This document shows, piece after piece, positions 39,743-49,690 of a DNA stretch of 64,000 nt. The stretch spans positions 1,536,001 through 1,600,000 of the forward strand of contig OZ241917.1 in NCBI GenBank assembly GCA_965203805.1, read 5' to 3'. Source of the stretch: Candidatus Latescibacterota bacterium. GTDB taxonomy: Bacteria; Latescibacterota; UBA2968; GCA-2709665. A program made the translations under genes and the position numbers. Each line of letters starts with the position of its first letter. Position 1 is the first letter of the stretch. Under the pieces are notes generated by a model. That model did not search any database. It worked only from the letters and a program-made list of their open reading frames with translations, and had not been told where the DNA came from.

Positions 39743-40366
39743 CTATGCCCTTTGAAGCGTAACTTCACAGAACGGCTTCCCGCATGGGCTCGCAATATAC
39801 GTCGTGGAAACGTGCCTGAACCCACCATTCTGGTCTGCGATATACTTGAATGCGCCTGGCGTGTGAAGCGACATGATCGGCAGGACTGCCTCGAGAGAAG
39901 CCACCCCTGAACTCGCCATCTTTCCCTGCTCCGATTGTTGCTGCAAAAGTGCTACCAGATATCCCTTTGGGGTGAGATGCGCGGCAATAGACGCCAGGGT
40001 CGTCTCCAGATCCACGTATTCGAAAAACAAGGCGCCATAAGCCAAATCGAAACGGCCTGGTTCACTGAAGTCTTCCGGAAAACTGCATTCCTTCGTTCGC
40101 AACGCTGTAAGCATCTCAAGGCGTTTGCGTAGATATGCCAGATACTCTGGATTGACATCCACAGCCAGAATTTTTCTCAACTGCGACGCTCCTGTGTTCT
40201 CAAGGCCATTACCTATACCCGCACCCAGGTACAGAAGCGATTTCGGGTCGAACCGTACCAGGCAATCCTCAAGATGCTTCCGGATCATCTCGCCCTGGCG
40301 CACGGATTCATGTTCCATGTGCATCTTGTAGTCGGCAGCGGGAACAGTCAACCAGGGATTGATCAC
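39743..40366 (-). CDS. Class I SAM-dependent methyltransferase
   Basis: LLYLGAGIGNG, VDVNPEYL. Confidence 0.82.
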   Translation of the reverse strand: MINPWLTVPAADYKMHMEHESVRQGEMIRKHLEDCLVRFDPKSLLYLGAGIGNGLENTGASQLRKILAVDVNPEYLAYLRKRLEMLTALRTKECSFPEDFSEPGRFDLAYGALFFEYVDLETTLASIAAHLTPKGYLVALLQQQSEQGKMASSGVASLEAVLPIMSLHTPGAFKYIADQNGGFRHVSTTYIASPCGKPFCEVTLQRA

Positions 40367-40637
40367 AGTTCAACCCGATTATCGTGTGTATAGAATACCT
40401 GAGCCCACCAACTATCGAAATATCCAAAGCCGAGTGGATTGCCATTGCGCCGGAGTTGTTTAACGTTACGCCGGTTTCCAAACCTGCGAATATGGGTTGC
40501 CGAGGGCCAGGCGCCGGTGGGCGCGTAGCACGAATTGCCGCGTGGCAGGACGCGAAATACTTTGCGTCTGATTGAACGTAATTGGTTTCATTTGTACCCA
40601 ACCATTCGGTCGAGTGCATCCGAACAGGGGCGCGGTT

Positions 40638-41540
40638 TCAGGCGTTCGTAAGCGTTTCAAGGTCGCGAGACGCTTTCAGCAAAGCCTCCTGGACGTTCAG
40701 AAACTCAAGATACCCGGGTGGCATTGGATACCTGGCACTGTCAAACGACTGAAGTGGATCGACGATCTTCTGCCTTGCAAATGCGTAGAGAGCCTTTTGG
40801 TGGTCGGTCGCCACAGAAGCCCGGTCAAAGGGGATACCACAATGATTACGCCACAGTCGAGAATCAACGACATTAACCATCGCCTGAATTCGCGAATCTC
40901 GATTACCAAACTTCGAGTTCAGGTAATTGGACAATCTCTCGGCCTGCACGTGTGGTTTGCGCATGATGTCTTCGTACCCAACAAAAACCCGGTGCGCCGC
41001 GTCTTCGGTGTGGCGCAGGATCAGCGTCATCATGTGCTGCCAGCGCAGCAAATTCATCGCAACAAAAGAGACGCAAATTTTAACATTCTTTGGCATAATG
41101 AACTTTTGCCACGATATTGCGACGTCGAGAGGGTTGCGAATCGTGATGACATATACCGCCTCTCCCCAAATCTGTTTCCAAAAGGGTAAGAAATGGGCGA
41201 GCGCCGGGTCCTTCCAGAACCAGGGACCATCGTTCTGCATTTCTGAAATCAGTTCGCACGCTTTAGTTCGATACCCCCGATCAGTGGCTTTGCATTCCAT
41301 TCGTTGCTGGAAGTCAGCCTCCCACCACGTCGCCCCGGAAGCAAAATCCCCTAGATCAGCCAGAAAATCCCATAACGGCAGGTATTCCCAATATCCTCTG
41401 GGCGAATGTTCATCGGCAGCGTGCAACTTTTCGGAAGCGCCCGCATGCGCACCCCATGCATGCACCATCTCAGCAACCACGGATGTCCCGCTGCGCTCTA
41501 CACCAAGTACGATAATAGGATGGCTTTCAGAGCGGTTCAT
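40638..41540 (-). CDS. Sulfotransferase family protein
   Basis: LGVERSGTS, WKDP, RNPLDVAISW. Confidence 0.88.
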   Translation of the reverse strand: MNRSESHPIIVLGVERSGTSVVAEMVHAWGAHAGASEKLHAADEHSPRGYWEYLPLWDFLADLGDFASGATWWEADFQQRMECKATDRGYRTKACELISEMQNDGPWFWKDPALAHFLPFWKQIWGEAVYVITIRNPLDVAISWQKFIMPKNVKICVSFVAMNLLRWQHMMTLILRHTEDAAHRVFVGYEDIMRKPHVQAERLSNYLNSKFGNRDSRIQAMVNVVDSRLWRNHCGIPFDRASVATDHQKALYAFARQKIVDPLQSFDSARYPMPPGYLEFLNVQEALLKASRDLETLTNA

Positions 41541-41668
41541 TTCGAGTGCCCTTTGAAACTTCCGCCAATGGCGCATTACGTTTGGCCGCGCCCGAATCGA
41601 GACGTGGTGACGCGCAGGCGTCACGGGGCTGAAGCCGGGAACGAGCGTGTCTGCTGAGGTCAGGGTCC

Positions 41669-42412
41669 TCAGACCGCAGTCAGCAAGATAGGCCGACCAT
41701 CGGTAATGACAACAGTATGCTCATAATGAGCCGAGAGAGATCCGTTTGAGGTTTTCATTGTCCAGCCGTCGCTGTCTTCAACGGCCCGGGCCGGGTTCTC
41801 GGCAATCAGTGGCTCGATCGTGATCACAAGCCCGTTCGTAAGCGGCGTCGAATCGAGCGGATTATAGGTGTTGGCAACGATGGGGTCTTCATGGATAACG
41901 CGACCGACTCCATGCCCCGTAAGCTCACTGACAACCCGGAATCCTTTTCGCGTCACTTCTTGCTCGACGGCACGGCCGATGCAATTGATCGGTTCGCCCG
42001 CACGGGCTACGGCCACCGCCTTCTCGAATGCCGTGCGGGCGCACCGGCACAATCCAACGGCTTTCGGGGAGCATGGAGGAATCGGGATGGTTATTGCTGC
42101 ATCCGCAATGTATCCGTTCAGTTCCGCGGTGACATCCAGGCTTACAATGTCACCCTTTTCGAGCACTCGATCACCCGGAATACCGTGGACGATCTCGTCA
42201 TTGACGCTGATAAGATTGACGCCGGGAAAACCGTAAAACAGCCGGGGCGCGGACGTTGCTCCGTACCGGTTGAGCACCAACTCGCCAGCGCGATCGACGT
42301 CCGCAGTGGTTACTCCGGCGCGAACGAAACCTGCCATTTCCCTCAACGTGGCGGCAACCACCTGCCCAGCCTTCGCAAGACCTTCGAAATCCTCAGGACG
42401 TTCTATCGACAA
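41669..42412 (-). CDS. map: Methionine aminopeptidase type I
   Basis: SVNDEIVHGIP, DIVSLDV, GHGVG..HEDP, TIEP, SAHYEHT; start reassigned to TTG 42412. Confidence 0.93.
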   Translation of the reverse strand: MSIERPEDFEGLAKAGQVVAATLREMAGFVRAGVTTADVDRAGELVLNRYGATSAPRLFYGFPGVNLISVNDEIVHGIPGDRVLEKGDIVSLDVTAELNGYIADAAITIPIPPCSPKAVGLCRCARTAFEKAVAVARAGEPINCIGRAVEQEVTRKGFRVVSELTGHGVGRVIHEDPIVANTYNPLDSTPLTNGLVITIEPLIAENPARAVEDSDGWTMKTSNGSLSAHYEHTVVITDGRPILLTAV

Positions 42413-42649
42413 CGACCCACTCCCTTTGAAGGGGATAACTCTCAATGGTGACCGGTCTGAAGCAATAATGCGGCTTGTGGGACAAGGCTCGTGTTGCGTA
42501 TCAGGTTCCCACCATTCGCGAACCTGCCGGAGGGTTGCGCAGGTGGGTCGTCGCAGGCTAAGGGGGCTTTGGGCAAGCTCAGGACTGGTTCCGCGCCGTA
42601 TCCTAAATGCACATACTATTCGACCATGCGAATCTCACGATCCGAATGG

Positions 42650-43480
42650 TCAGGGCTGTCTACCATCGACGTCTCTAAATCCGTACTCACGGGCCAAGTC
42701 GGGGACCTCAAGATATGGTCTCCCTTCGACCTTATTCATCACCTCCGGGTCGCCAGCCAACGCCGCTATCGCCCGGCCGGAGTATACTGGCGTAAACGTT
42801 TTCTCCAAACCTTCAGGTTTCGTGCTTTCGCCGGGTTCCCAGGTTCGCATGTATTGGTGTTCGTCGCCAAGCGACAACAGGATAACCACTATCCCGTTCT
42901 TCCGACATTCCTGCGCCATTCCATGTGTCATTCTGTATATCGCGGACTTGAATGTGTCATAGAAAAGATTCGGGTGGAATTTGCTGTCCGGATTGATCCC
43001 ACTGGTGGTGTTGACGATCAGACCGTGTCCCTGCTCCAGCATGATCGAAACTGCGCCCCGAGCAGCAGTCATATGGGATCTCAACCCGGCTCCGTGCATG
43101 AGTTCCCACTGTCGCATCGGTAGTTCCCAAAACCGTTTTCTCCTCCAGAATCCATCGTCCATTTCGTAGCCGCCCCAAGCGTTGTTCACCAGCAAATCCA
43201 GCCGTCCCTGTTCGCTATTTACTCGAACGAAGAGTTCATCAACCTGCTCGTCCATCGCGTGATCTACCCGGACTGGAATCCCGATCCCACCCCGTTGAGT
43301 CACCATTTCAGCCGTGTCTTCAATGGTTTCGTTGGGGATGTCCGTGGTCTGATTCCCTCGGATGCTGCGTCCCGTCACATATACAGTCGCGCCGGCTTCG
43401 CCGAGCGCAGTGGCAATGCCCTTCCCTCCTCCGCGACTTGCACCAGTCACCACGGCTACTCTGTTTGCCAAAGTCTTCAC
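42650..43480 (-). CDS. SDR-family oxidoreductase
   Basis: TGASRGGGKG, LVNNAWGG, YDTFK. Confidence 0.92.
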   Translation of the reverse strand: MKTLANRVAVVTGASRGGGKGIATALGEAGATVYVTGRSIRGNQTTDIPNETIEDTAEMVTQRGGIGIPVRVDHAMDEQVDELFVRVNSEQGRLDLLVNNAWGGYEMDDGFWRRKRFWELPMRQWELMHGAGLRSHMTAARGAVSIMLEQGHGLIVNTTSGINPDSKFHPNLFYDTFKSAIYRMTHGMAQECRKNGIVVILLSLGDEHQYMRTWEPGESTKPEGLEKTFTPVYSGRAIAALAGDPEVMNKVEGRPYLEVPDLAREYGFRDVDGRQP

Positions 43481-43672
43481 TTTCCGCGTTTCCTGTCGCC
43501 TGGTTACATTGACTCACAACGCTCAAGATTACAGAAGCGGATTCGTCCGGGTCAATCTGTCATTCGTCCTCTTGGGCTTCCTGGAAGCAAAACCGCCGCT
43601 AGAACCAGGAAGAATGCAGCCGCCAACGATTTGTCGTCTGCGCACAGTTTGACAGGTAATAGAAATGGGAGA

Positions 43673-44881
43673 TCAGGCGCGCAGGCGCTCGAGGCATTCC
43701 TCATATGCTTCAAAGCGCTCGCCCTCGCGTTCCTCGGGATCGACTTTCTTGAGGAACAACGCACTGCCGGGCTTCGTGCCGGTGAATTCGCGGTGGCTCT
43801 TGATGTGCGCCGGGTCCTCACCGCTCCACTTGACCTCGCCGTCCTGCAGATACACGAAGTTTCCTCCGTGTTCGTCGATCATCGCCTGCATCCGATCGCG
43901 ATAGAACAGTCCCTGCTCGCAGGCCGTTTCCCTTACCGTTGCCATGACAGCAGGCGGATCTTCCTCTTCAGAGTCGAATTCGTTCAAGGGTCCCTCTACC
44001 TCACTCTTGAAGTCAATTTCGTCGAGATCGACCGTTCCGAATCCGCTCTGCGCGGCCACGAGCAGATGGTTGCGGTCGCGGCGGAATGGCGGCGTGGGCC
44101 AATCGGAAGCGGGATCGTGCCCCATCAGGCTGGCGCCCACGGCATCGGTGGCGATGATCTGGTCGCCCGCGATGAGGGCGTTGCACACGCGGCCCTCGCC
44201 GTCCCACTCACGACCCCATTGACCGGTCGTGGCGTCCACGATATTGAGACACGGGTTGGTAATGCGCGCCAGATCGGGGAGCACGTAGGACAGCCGGATT
44301 GCGTGGTGGAAATAGGTGCGCACGCGACCCTCTGGCGGAATCGTGGGTGTGAGGCCAAACAGGTTCTTGGTGCAAAGCGTGACCCCCATGAAGAGGTGGT
44401 TCTTCATCTTGGCGACGGAGACGACCTCGTCTGCCTCGCTGAAGCATCGGCTGAGCGTGTAGCGCTGGAACATACAGCCGCCGCCAGGAACGTCATACTC
44501 GGCGAAGGGGGGCAGGTTCGACTCCACGTACTCAACATCGAATTCATCGAGCAGCGGACGGTAGTTGAAGTAGTCCGTCACGGCACCATTCGCATCCCGG
44601 CAGAAGGTGTCCGCAGCGACGAGCGAGGCTGAGGTCCGCTCGCGCAGGAGCCGAAGGACGGCGCGGCAGACGGCATCGTCGACGAGCTCTCGGCGGCGGC
44701 CCTCGAAATGAGTCACATTCGTATGCCCCATATTGAACTTGAGCGCGACGCGGCCCGCCTTCTCCAGCTTCTCCCAGGAACGCTCCAGGGGGGCGGTTGC
44801 CCTTACAAGGTTCTCGTAGACCTCCTCGTCGGAGGCCCGGTGATCGCAATGGACTGCACGAACGCTGAAATCACGGTTCAT
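43673..44881 (-). CDS. DUF362 domain protein
   Basis: VSVAKMKNH..GVTLCTKNLFG, IIATDAVG. Confidence 0.85.
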   Translation of the reverse strand: MNRDFSVRAVHCDHRASDEEVYENLVRATAPLERSWEKLEKAGRVALKFNMGHTNVTHFEGRRRELVDDAVCRAVLRLLRERTSASLVAADTFCRDANGAVTDYFNYRPLLDEFDVEYVESNLPPFAEYDVPGGGCMFQRYTLSRCFSEADEVVSVAKMKNHLFMGVTLCTKNLFGLTPTIPPEGRVRTYFHHAIRLSYVLPDLARITNPCLNIVDATTGQWGREWDGEGRVCNALIAGDQIIATDAVGASLMGHDPASDWPTPPFRRDRNHLLVAAQSGFGTVDLDEIDFKSEVEGPLNEFDSEEEDPPAVMATVRETACEQGLFYRDRMQAMIDEHGGNFVYLQDGEVKWSGEDPAHIKSHREFTGTKPGSALFLKKVDPEEREGERFEAYEECLERLRA

Positions 44882-44972
44882 CTCAATGTTCTCCTTGTGT
44901 AATTCCGGCCTGACGCAGGAAATGGCATAGGCCGCAACCCGTCGTTTCAGGCAGTCAACTTGGGTCTGCCGT

Positions 44973-45281
44973 CTAATCAAGAAGCTTCAACAAGGTGGTC
45001 CGGTCCCATCCTCCCGGCCCCGGACCCTGGTACGCGGCGAGGATGTCCAGCACCCTTACCATCGAGTGGAGTTTCAGATACCGCTCCTGATCGGCACTCA
45101 GCAATCCATAAGTCTGTAAGAAACACTCGGCCAGGTCTGGCGTATTGAGGAATATACTCAAAAAAAGGTCCCGTACGTCGGTGAATGCAGGTGCAAACGC
45201 GGTATTTCCAAAACCCAGCGCAGCCGTCAGGTTCCAAGTCGCCGGATCGACGTTGGTCCCGGAATTGCCGCATTTGAACAA
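44973..45281 (-). pseudogene. C-terminal remnant of an APH-fold phosphotransferase
   Basis: NVDPATWNLTAALGFGN resembles a degenerate DFG region; no N-terminus. Confidence 0.45.
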
Positions 45282-45427
45282 ACGGCCCGAGCCACCGGGA
45301 GAGAGATTTCATATTCGACGAATTTCTGATACGTGAGCAGAGGTTCTGGATGGTCATTTGATGACTGAGTCCATGAATTAACGGCCTGGCAACCCGCCGT
45401 CGCATCGAGTTGGCTGATTCTCCCCTT

Positions 45428-45940
45428 TCAATCGATGGCATGAAGATTGTACCGATCAAACAGCATCCTGGTCTTCGGATTCCTCATCGCCCCGAGTACA
45501 GAGATTCCCACAACCTCTCCTCCCAGGCGTTCGATCAATCTGACGAGAGCCTTCGCCTGAGCCCCGGTTTCTATCACATCATCGACGACCAGAATTCGAT
45601 CACCCTCAGAAACAAGACTGCGATTCACCTCCAGTGCCTTCTTCGTTCCTGTATAGTCAACAAAGGAAATCTGAGCCACATATCGACGAAGCGTCGGAAG
45701 GGCGCCTCCCGTCCTTATCGGTATAAAACCCTTTCCCAGTTTGAGTGCCACCGCGCTGCCAAGCACGAAGCCCAATGCTTCCGGGCTCGCAACCTTCTCA
45801 AACTGCACCCCCCCAAATGGTCTGGCCAGATCTGTCACCAGATGTTGCAATACGGCGGGACTATTGCATAGGGGCGTAAGATCAACCTTGTTTCCCCGAA
45901 CCCTGCGATCTATATGACCTTTATAGTAGCTCCAATCCAT
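45428..45940 (-). CDS. Adenine phosphoribosyltransferase-like PRTase
   Basis: PEALGFVLG, RILVVDDVIETGAQ. Confidence 0.88.
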   Translation of the reverse strand: MDWSYYKGHIDRRVRGNKVDLTPLCNSPAVLQHLVTDLARPFGGVQFEKVASPEALGFVLGSAVALKLGKGFIPIRTGGALPTLRRYVAQISFVDYTGTKKALEVNRSLVSEGDRILVVDDVIETGAQAKALVRLIERLGGEVVGISVLGAMRNPKTRMLFDRYNLHAID

Positions 45941-46032
45941 TGTTAAACCCGGCGGGAAAGTTGCCCCACTTTGCGTTGGTAAATTGGCTAGATGCCGCAG
46001 CACAAATCCGATGTGTTGGGCCTCGGGCCGTT

Positions 46033-46587
46033 CTATCTGTCAAACGGTAAGTACAGCCTACACCGGCACCCCAGGGTCGCCAGCCCTTTCTCGTAGATCT
46101 CCTCGCATAGAGCGACTTTTCCGTCCATGTACGACTGGCGGTCATTATCGTGGGCTTCAGCGAGTTGCCATTTCAGATTGCTGAGCTTTCGAGCGTATTC
46201 GGGACTTAGTCTGAGGAAATCCCTGAAGACAAGATGCCTCTTCAAGGCTTCACCATACTTGTCACAAACGTACGTATGGTGGGCGGGCAAAGATTCCTTC
46301 AACCCGCTATCCGCCAGATCAAAGGCGTCTCTTCCTGGAATGCCCTGATCTCCTTCATGGAAATACCCGATCTCTGCGAGCCGATCCTTCGTGCACTCAA
46401 AATCCCGTGGCTCAATGACAATGTCAACGTCAATGATTGGCTTGGCGGTCATTGCGACGACAGACGTGCTGCCGACATGCTCGATGCTGCAATATCTTCC
46501 GGACAAGACAGAGTCAAAACGTTGCCGCAACGCTTCGAACCACGAGGGCCAGATCGGATCATAGCGCCTTACCAACGTAACGGACAT
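46033..46587 (-). CDS. GrpB (UPF0157) family protein
   Basis: YDPIWP, IEHVGSTSV, AKPIIDVDI, FRDFLR. Confidence 0.92.
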   Translation of the reverse strand: MSVTLVRRYDPIWPSWFEALRQRFDSVLSGRYCSIEHVGSTSVVAMTAKPIIDVDIVIEPRDFECTKDRLAEIGYFHEGDQGIPGRDAFDLADSGLKESLPAHHTYVCDKYGEALKRHLVFRDFLRLSPEYARKLSNLKWQLAEAHDNDRQSYMDGKVALCEEIYEKGLATLGCRCRLYLPFDR

Positions 46588-46712
46588 GATTCAATTGACC
46601 TGCTTTGTGCCGAACGTATCGCCGTGTCCGAACCGCGCAGCGGTTTGCGAAGGACCGAATGTCCTGCCGACTGAGAGATACGATTTTCGAGGCTGCGAGA
46701 GGTTCGCGTCCC

Positions 46713-47525
46713 TCATGTTCGATATTCCAAAAGCAGCTTCTCACACGATGCATCCTTCTCCGGGTTACGTTGTTTACGTGCAACGCCCCAGAAGTGTTTA
46801 ACCATCTTGGAGGAAAGGATAAAATGCAGCCCATGAGTCTTCATGACTTGCGTCGTAATTCCCATCGTGTCGTACACTTTTCCTCCTCCGCTTTCCTCGA
46901 AGTCGACGCAAGAGAACCCAATCTCACGAGCCGTCAGCAAGAAAGCTTCTGTGTTCTTGATTAGACAGCACGACGGATGCATACGGTCGCCCAGGACGGC
47001 GGGCATGGGAAGGTGCTCAAGAGCTTTCCCTGGCTGGACGTCTTCAATATCGTCCTCCATCATGACGTTGATGAACTTTTCCGCACCACCCTCGTCAAGG
47101 GAGCCCCACGGCACCTCAGTTTCCCCGTCTTCTGTGAATCTGGCCTGAATAGCCCAAACATCGTCTCCCGCTTTAGCTAACTCGCTTGCCATCGTTGTCA
47201 CAGTCTCATCCTGGACAAAGACAATATCGGCATCCAAAAAGAGGAAATAATCACAGTCCTGATGCGAAAAAACAAAGTCACGGAGATTCTCACCGTGATT
47301 GTTGCCAGGTGTGTTACTGTCCCACTTTGTTTGCACGATTGGGATCTTCTTGTCCTCAGCGAGAGCCCTCAATTGCCGCATCTCATCGGTCGAATTGTTG
47401 TCCAGAATCGTCAGGCGAATCCCCTCAAGATCACTGTGTGTCGCGTACAGCGATCTCAGCAAAAGTTCAACAAAACAAGATGTGTCCTGGTTGATCGTTA
47501 CTGCCTCTATGTGGCGAATAGGCAT
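46713..47525 (-). CDS. GT2-like glycosyltransferase
   Basis: ILDNNSTD, YFLFLDADIVF. Confidence 0.75.
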   Translation of the reverse strand: MPIRHIEAVTINQDTSCFVELLLRSLYATHSDLEGIRLTILDNNSTDEMRQLRALAEDKKIPIVQTKWDSNTPGNNHGENLRDFVFSHQDCDYFLFLDADIVFVQDETVTTMASELAKAGDDVWAIQARFTEDGETEVPWGSLDEGGAEKFINVMMEDDIEDVQPGKALEHLPMPAVLGDRMHPSCCLIKNTEAFLLTAREIGFSCVDFEESGGGKVYDTMGITTQVMKTHGLHFILSSKMVKHFWGVARKQRNPEKDASCEKLLLEYRT

Positions 47526-47533
47526 CTGATATC

Positions 47534-47776
47534 TTACTCCACTTTAGTTTGGTTTACTCCTCGATCCCACCCACAAAGAGAGCGTTCAGCATAGGGGGCA
47601 GCGAATAAGTCTCTTTCCCTTGAGAGAGATTGAACGGCTTTGAAAATGCCTTCGCGTGTCGTACTTGCTCCTTTGCTTTCCACTTCGCCAACGACTGGAA
47701 GTTTGAAACTGAGCACAAATACACTGGCGAGTACGAAGTGTCTCTGGCACATCGTAATTGGTCCTCCTATGCTCAC
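47534..47776 (-). pseudogene. Possible N-terminal remnant of a secreted protein
   Basis: Short ORF with a signal-peptide-like stretch; its stop abuts the next start. Confidence 0.35.
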
Positions 47777-47844
47777 GATTGCTTTGTACTCCCCGTTAAA
47801 TGCCTGTGGCCGGTCTGGATCTCATAAGAGACAGTAAGGGGAGA

Positions 47845-48630
47845 TCAGCGCCGGGTTTCATCCGCCTTTCCGAAGCCACCGTATAGAGCAAACAGACCTT
47901 TCTTCCAAAGCACGTCAACTCTATCAAACCCTACATTTGCAAGCAGCGAAAGATGATGGGGAATATCCAACGGAGAGTCTTCTATCAAAGAGTTCTTCAG
48001 GATCGGATCAACGCTGTCCTCCGGAAAGTTTCGTCGAAGCAACTCAGCCCAATCCTCGAATCCAAGCATAGTCAGTTCCGCTTTTGAGCCGTGAACGTGA
48101 TCAAGACACAGAAAACAGCCGCCTGGTTTGATCCAACTGCAAATCCGCACGTATAGACCCTCGTATTCCGATTCCATCCTGCCGTGACACAGCGCATACG
48201 ACGAGACCACACAGTCGAACGAATCGTCTTCGAAATGTAAAGCATCATCCGTGAACAAGTCCCCGACAACGGTTCTGAACCCGGCACCGGTTTCCGTCAG
48301 TTGTCTCGCTGCTTCCGCAAGAAGCTTTTCAGATACATCCACCAGCGTAAGCCGGCTTTGGGGAAACCGGCCCAAAACAAGCTTCGAGAGCCTGCCCGTT
48401 CCAGCTCCCAGGTCCAGAACGGAAGGGGCGTGGGGAACATGGGCGGCCATAGTTCGCAGCATGAGTTCGTGCGTGTACTTGAAGTCGTGCGACACCTTGC
48501 TCGCATTCGGGAAGAAACCGGCAGGGTCGGCCACATCCCGAAAATGCTGGTTAACCTGCTCCCGCGGCTCCTTGATGTCGATCCCTTGATCCAGCATATC
48601 CCGAATCTCTGAAAACGCACAATCGTCCAT
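47845..48630 (-). CDS. Class I SAM-dependent methyltransferase
   Basis: VLDLGAGTG, WIKPGG. Confidence 0.9.
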   Translation of the reverse strand: MDDCAFSEIRDMLDQGIDIKEPREQVNQHFRDVADPAGFFPNASKVSHDFKYTHELMLRTMAAHVPHAPSVLDLGAGTGRLSKLVLGRFPQSRLTLVDVSEKLLAEAARQLTETGAGFRTVVGDLFTDDALHFEDDSFDCVVSSYALCHGRMESEYEGLYVRICSWIKPGGCFLCLDHVHGSKAELTMLGFEDWAELLRRNFPEDSVDPILKNSLIEDSPLDIPHHLSLLANVGFDRVDVLWKKGLFALYGGFGKADETRR

Positions 48631-48813
48631 TCCAGATCTCCACAGTGTCTCTACGCTTCTGTTGTGTTCCCGCTTTTCTGCATGCTCAGTTCTAACGCCG
48701 ACCGGTCCCATAACATTCTCGGCACCCCCGAAGCCCGAGGGTGCCGTGTCAATCGGTGAGGGGATTTGTCAGTTTAGCCAAGGGTCAGGAACCAGACATT
48801 GCCCTTGGTTTTT

Positions 48814-49119
48814 TCATTCATCTCCTGCCAGTGCTTCTGACCAACGCCTGGCCATTGCCCTCAATTCTTCCTCATGGTCGGGCCAATCGTGAAGCGTGGC
48901 TGGATCAAAGTCAGCACCATTGGGCCAGACGAGTGTATGGACCTCGGAATCGATACGCACCTGATTAAAGAGCACTTCATCCATCAGAGGTCCGAACAAC
49001 TCGCCCTCAAGAACTGGACGAAAATCGATTTCCTGTATCGTTTTATCGTTGAATCTGACATTGATCCGATGAGGCCCAACGATCTCAAATTCAATGACTT
49101 CATAGATCGAATGACTCAT
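48814..49119 (-). CDS. DUF2442 protein (putative antitoxin)
   Basis: FGPL.D..LFNQV.ID..TLVWPNGADFDPATL. Confidence 0.9.
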   Translation of the reverse strand: MSHSIYEVIEFEIVGPHRINVRFNDKTIQEIDFRPVLEGELFGPLMDEVLFNQVRIDSEVHTLVWPNGADFDPATLHDWPDHEEELRAMARRWSEALAGDE

Positions 49120-49130
49120 TCAATTCTCCC

Positions 49131-49400
49131 TTAATGTAGCGGATCGATCGGCAAGGGCGGATGCCCGGATTGGAGCCGATCCCAATCTACAAGTAGCTCA
49201 TCCTGGTGTAACTCCGCCCAGGCTTCGACGAATCGTCGTTGCCGGCGTGGCAAAGTCCCTGCGATCAATTCAACAGTATCCACAGCGTAAACGGCCACTT
49301 CATCTTGATAGTAGGCGTGAAAATGAGGCCGATGGTGCTGTGTTCTCGGTTCGGCAAACATGCGAATGATGATTCCGAAAAACCGAGAAATCTCAGGCAC
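49131..49400 (-). CDS. DUF4160 protein (putative toxin)
   Basis: PEISRFFGIIIRM..HHRPHFHAYY..WAELHQDEL. Confidence 0.9.
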   Translation of the reverse strand: MPEISRFFGIIIRMFAEPRTQHHRPHFHAYYQDEVAVYAVDTVELIAGTLPRRQRRFVEAWAELHQDELLVDWDRLQSGHPPLPIDPLH

Positions 49401-49418
49401 TTTTCTTCCTTGCGATAT

Positions 49419-49474
49419 GGATTCTATCGATATAATCCCACAGGAAGTATACCGAATTCTGCGAGGGTAGGCAA
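49419..49474 (-). promoter_or_regulatory. Sigma70 promoter and palindromic operator of the DUF4160/DUF2442 module
   Basis: TTGCCT-N17-TATACT; GGATTATATCGATAGAATCC palindrome downstream. Confidence 0.65.
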
Positions 49475-49690
49475 AACCCGAATTTGGAGAGGTGGGCGTC
49501 TGCTGTTGCACATGCGAGCTTGACCAATATGCCCGTCAAATCTCCATGTTGGCGAGCGTCCTCAAAGACTGCGAAACCGCGAAGAAAGTTAGGCGAGGGG
49601 CTGTTGCCTCAAGCCGCGGACACGGTGCTACCAGTGTACGATGCTTCGGTTGGGCGCACGGTATGCATCGGGTCGGCTGATTGTCGCCTC

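Noticed and set aside
40384-40575. Small plus-strand ORF in the 270-bp spacer
   Set aside because: No RBS or motif; cannot be supported as a gene.
14390-42638. Shared 14-mer CATGCGAATCTCAC at ~14390 and ~42625
   Set aside because: Several 14-bp matches are expected by chance in 64 kb, and the flanks do not align.
48717-48810. Two GC hairpins downstream of DUF2442 as an attC site
   Set aside because: The outer 7-mers (GATTGAC/GTTATGG) do not pair; more likely a terminator or REP remnant.
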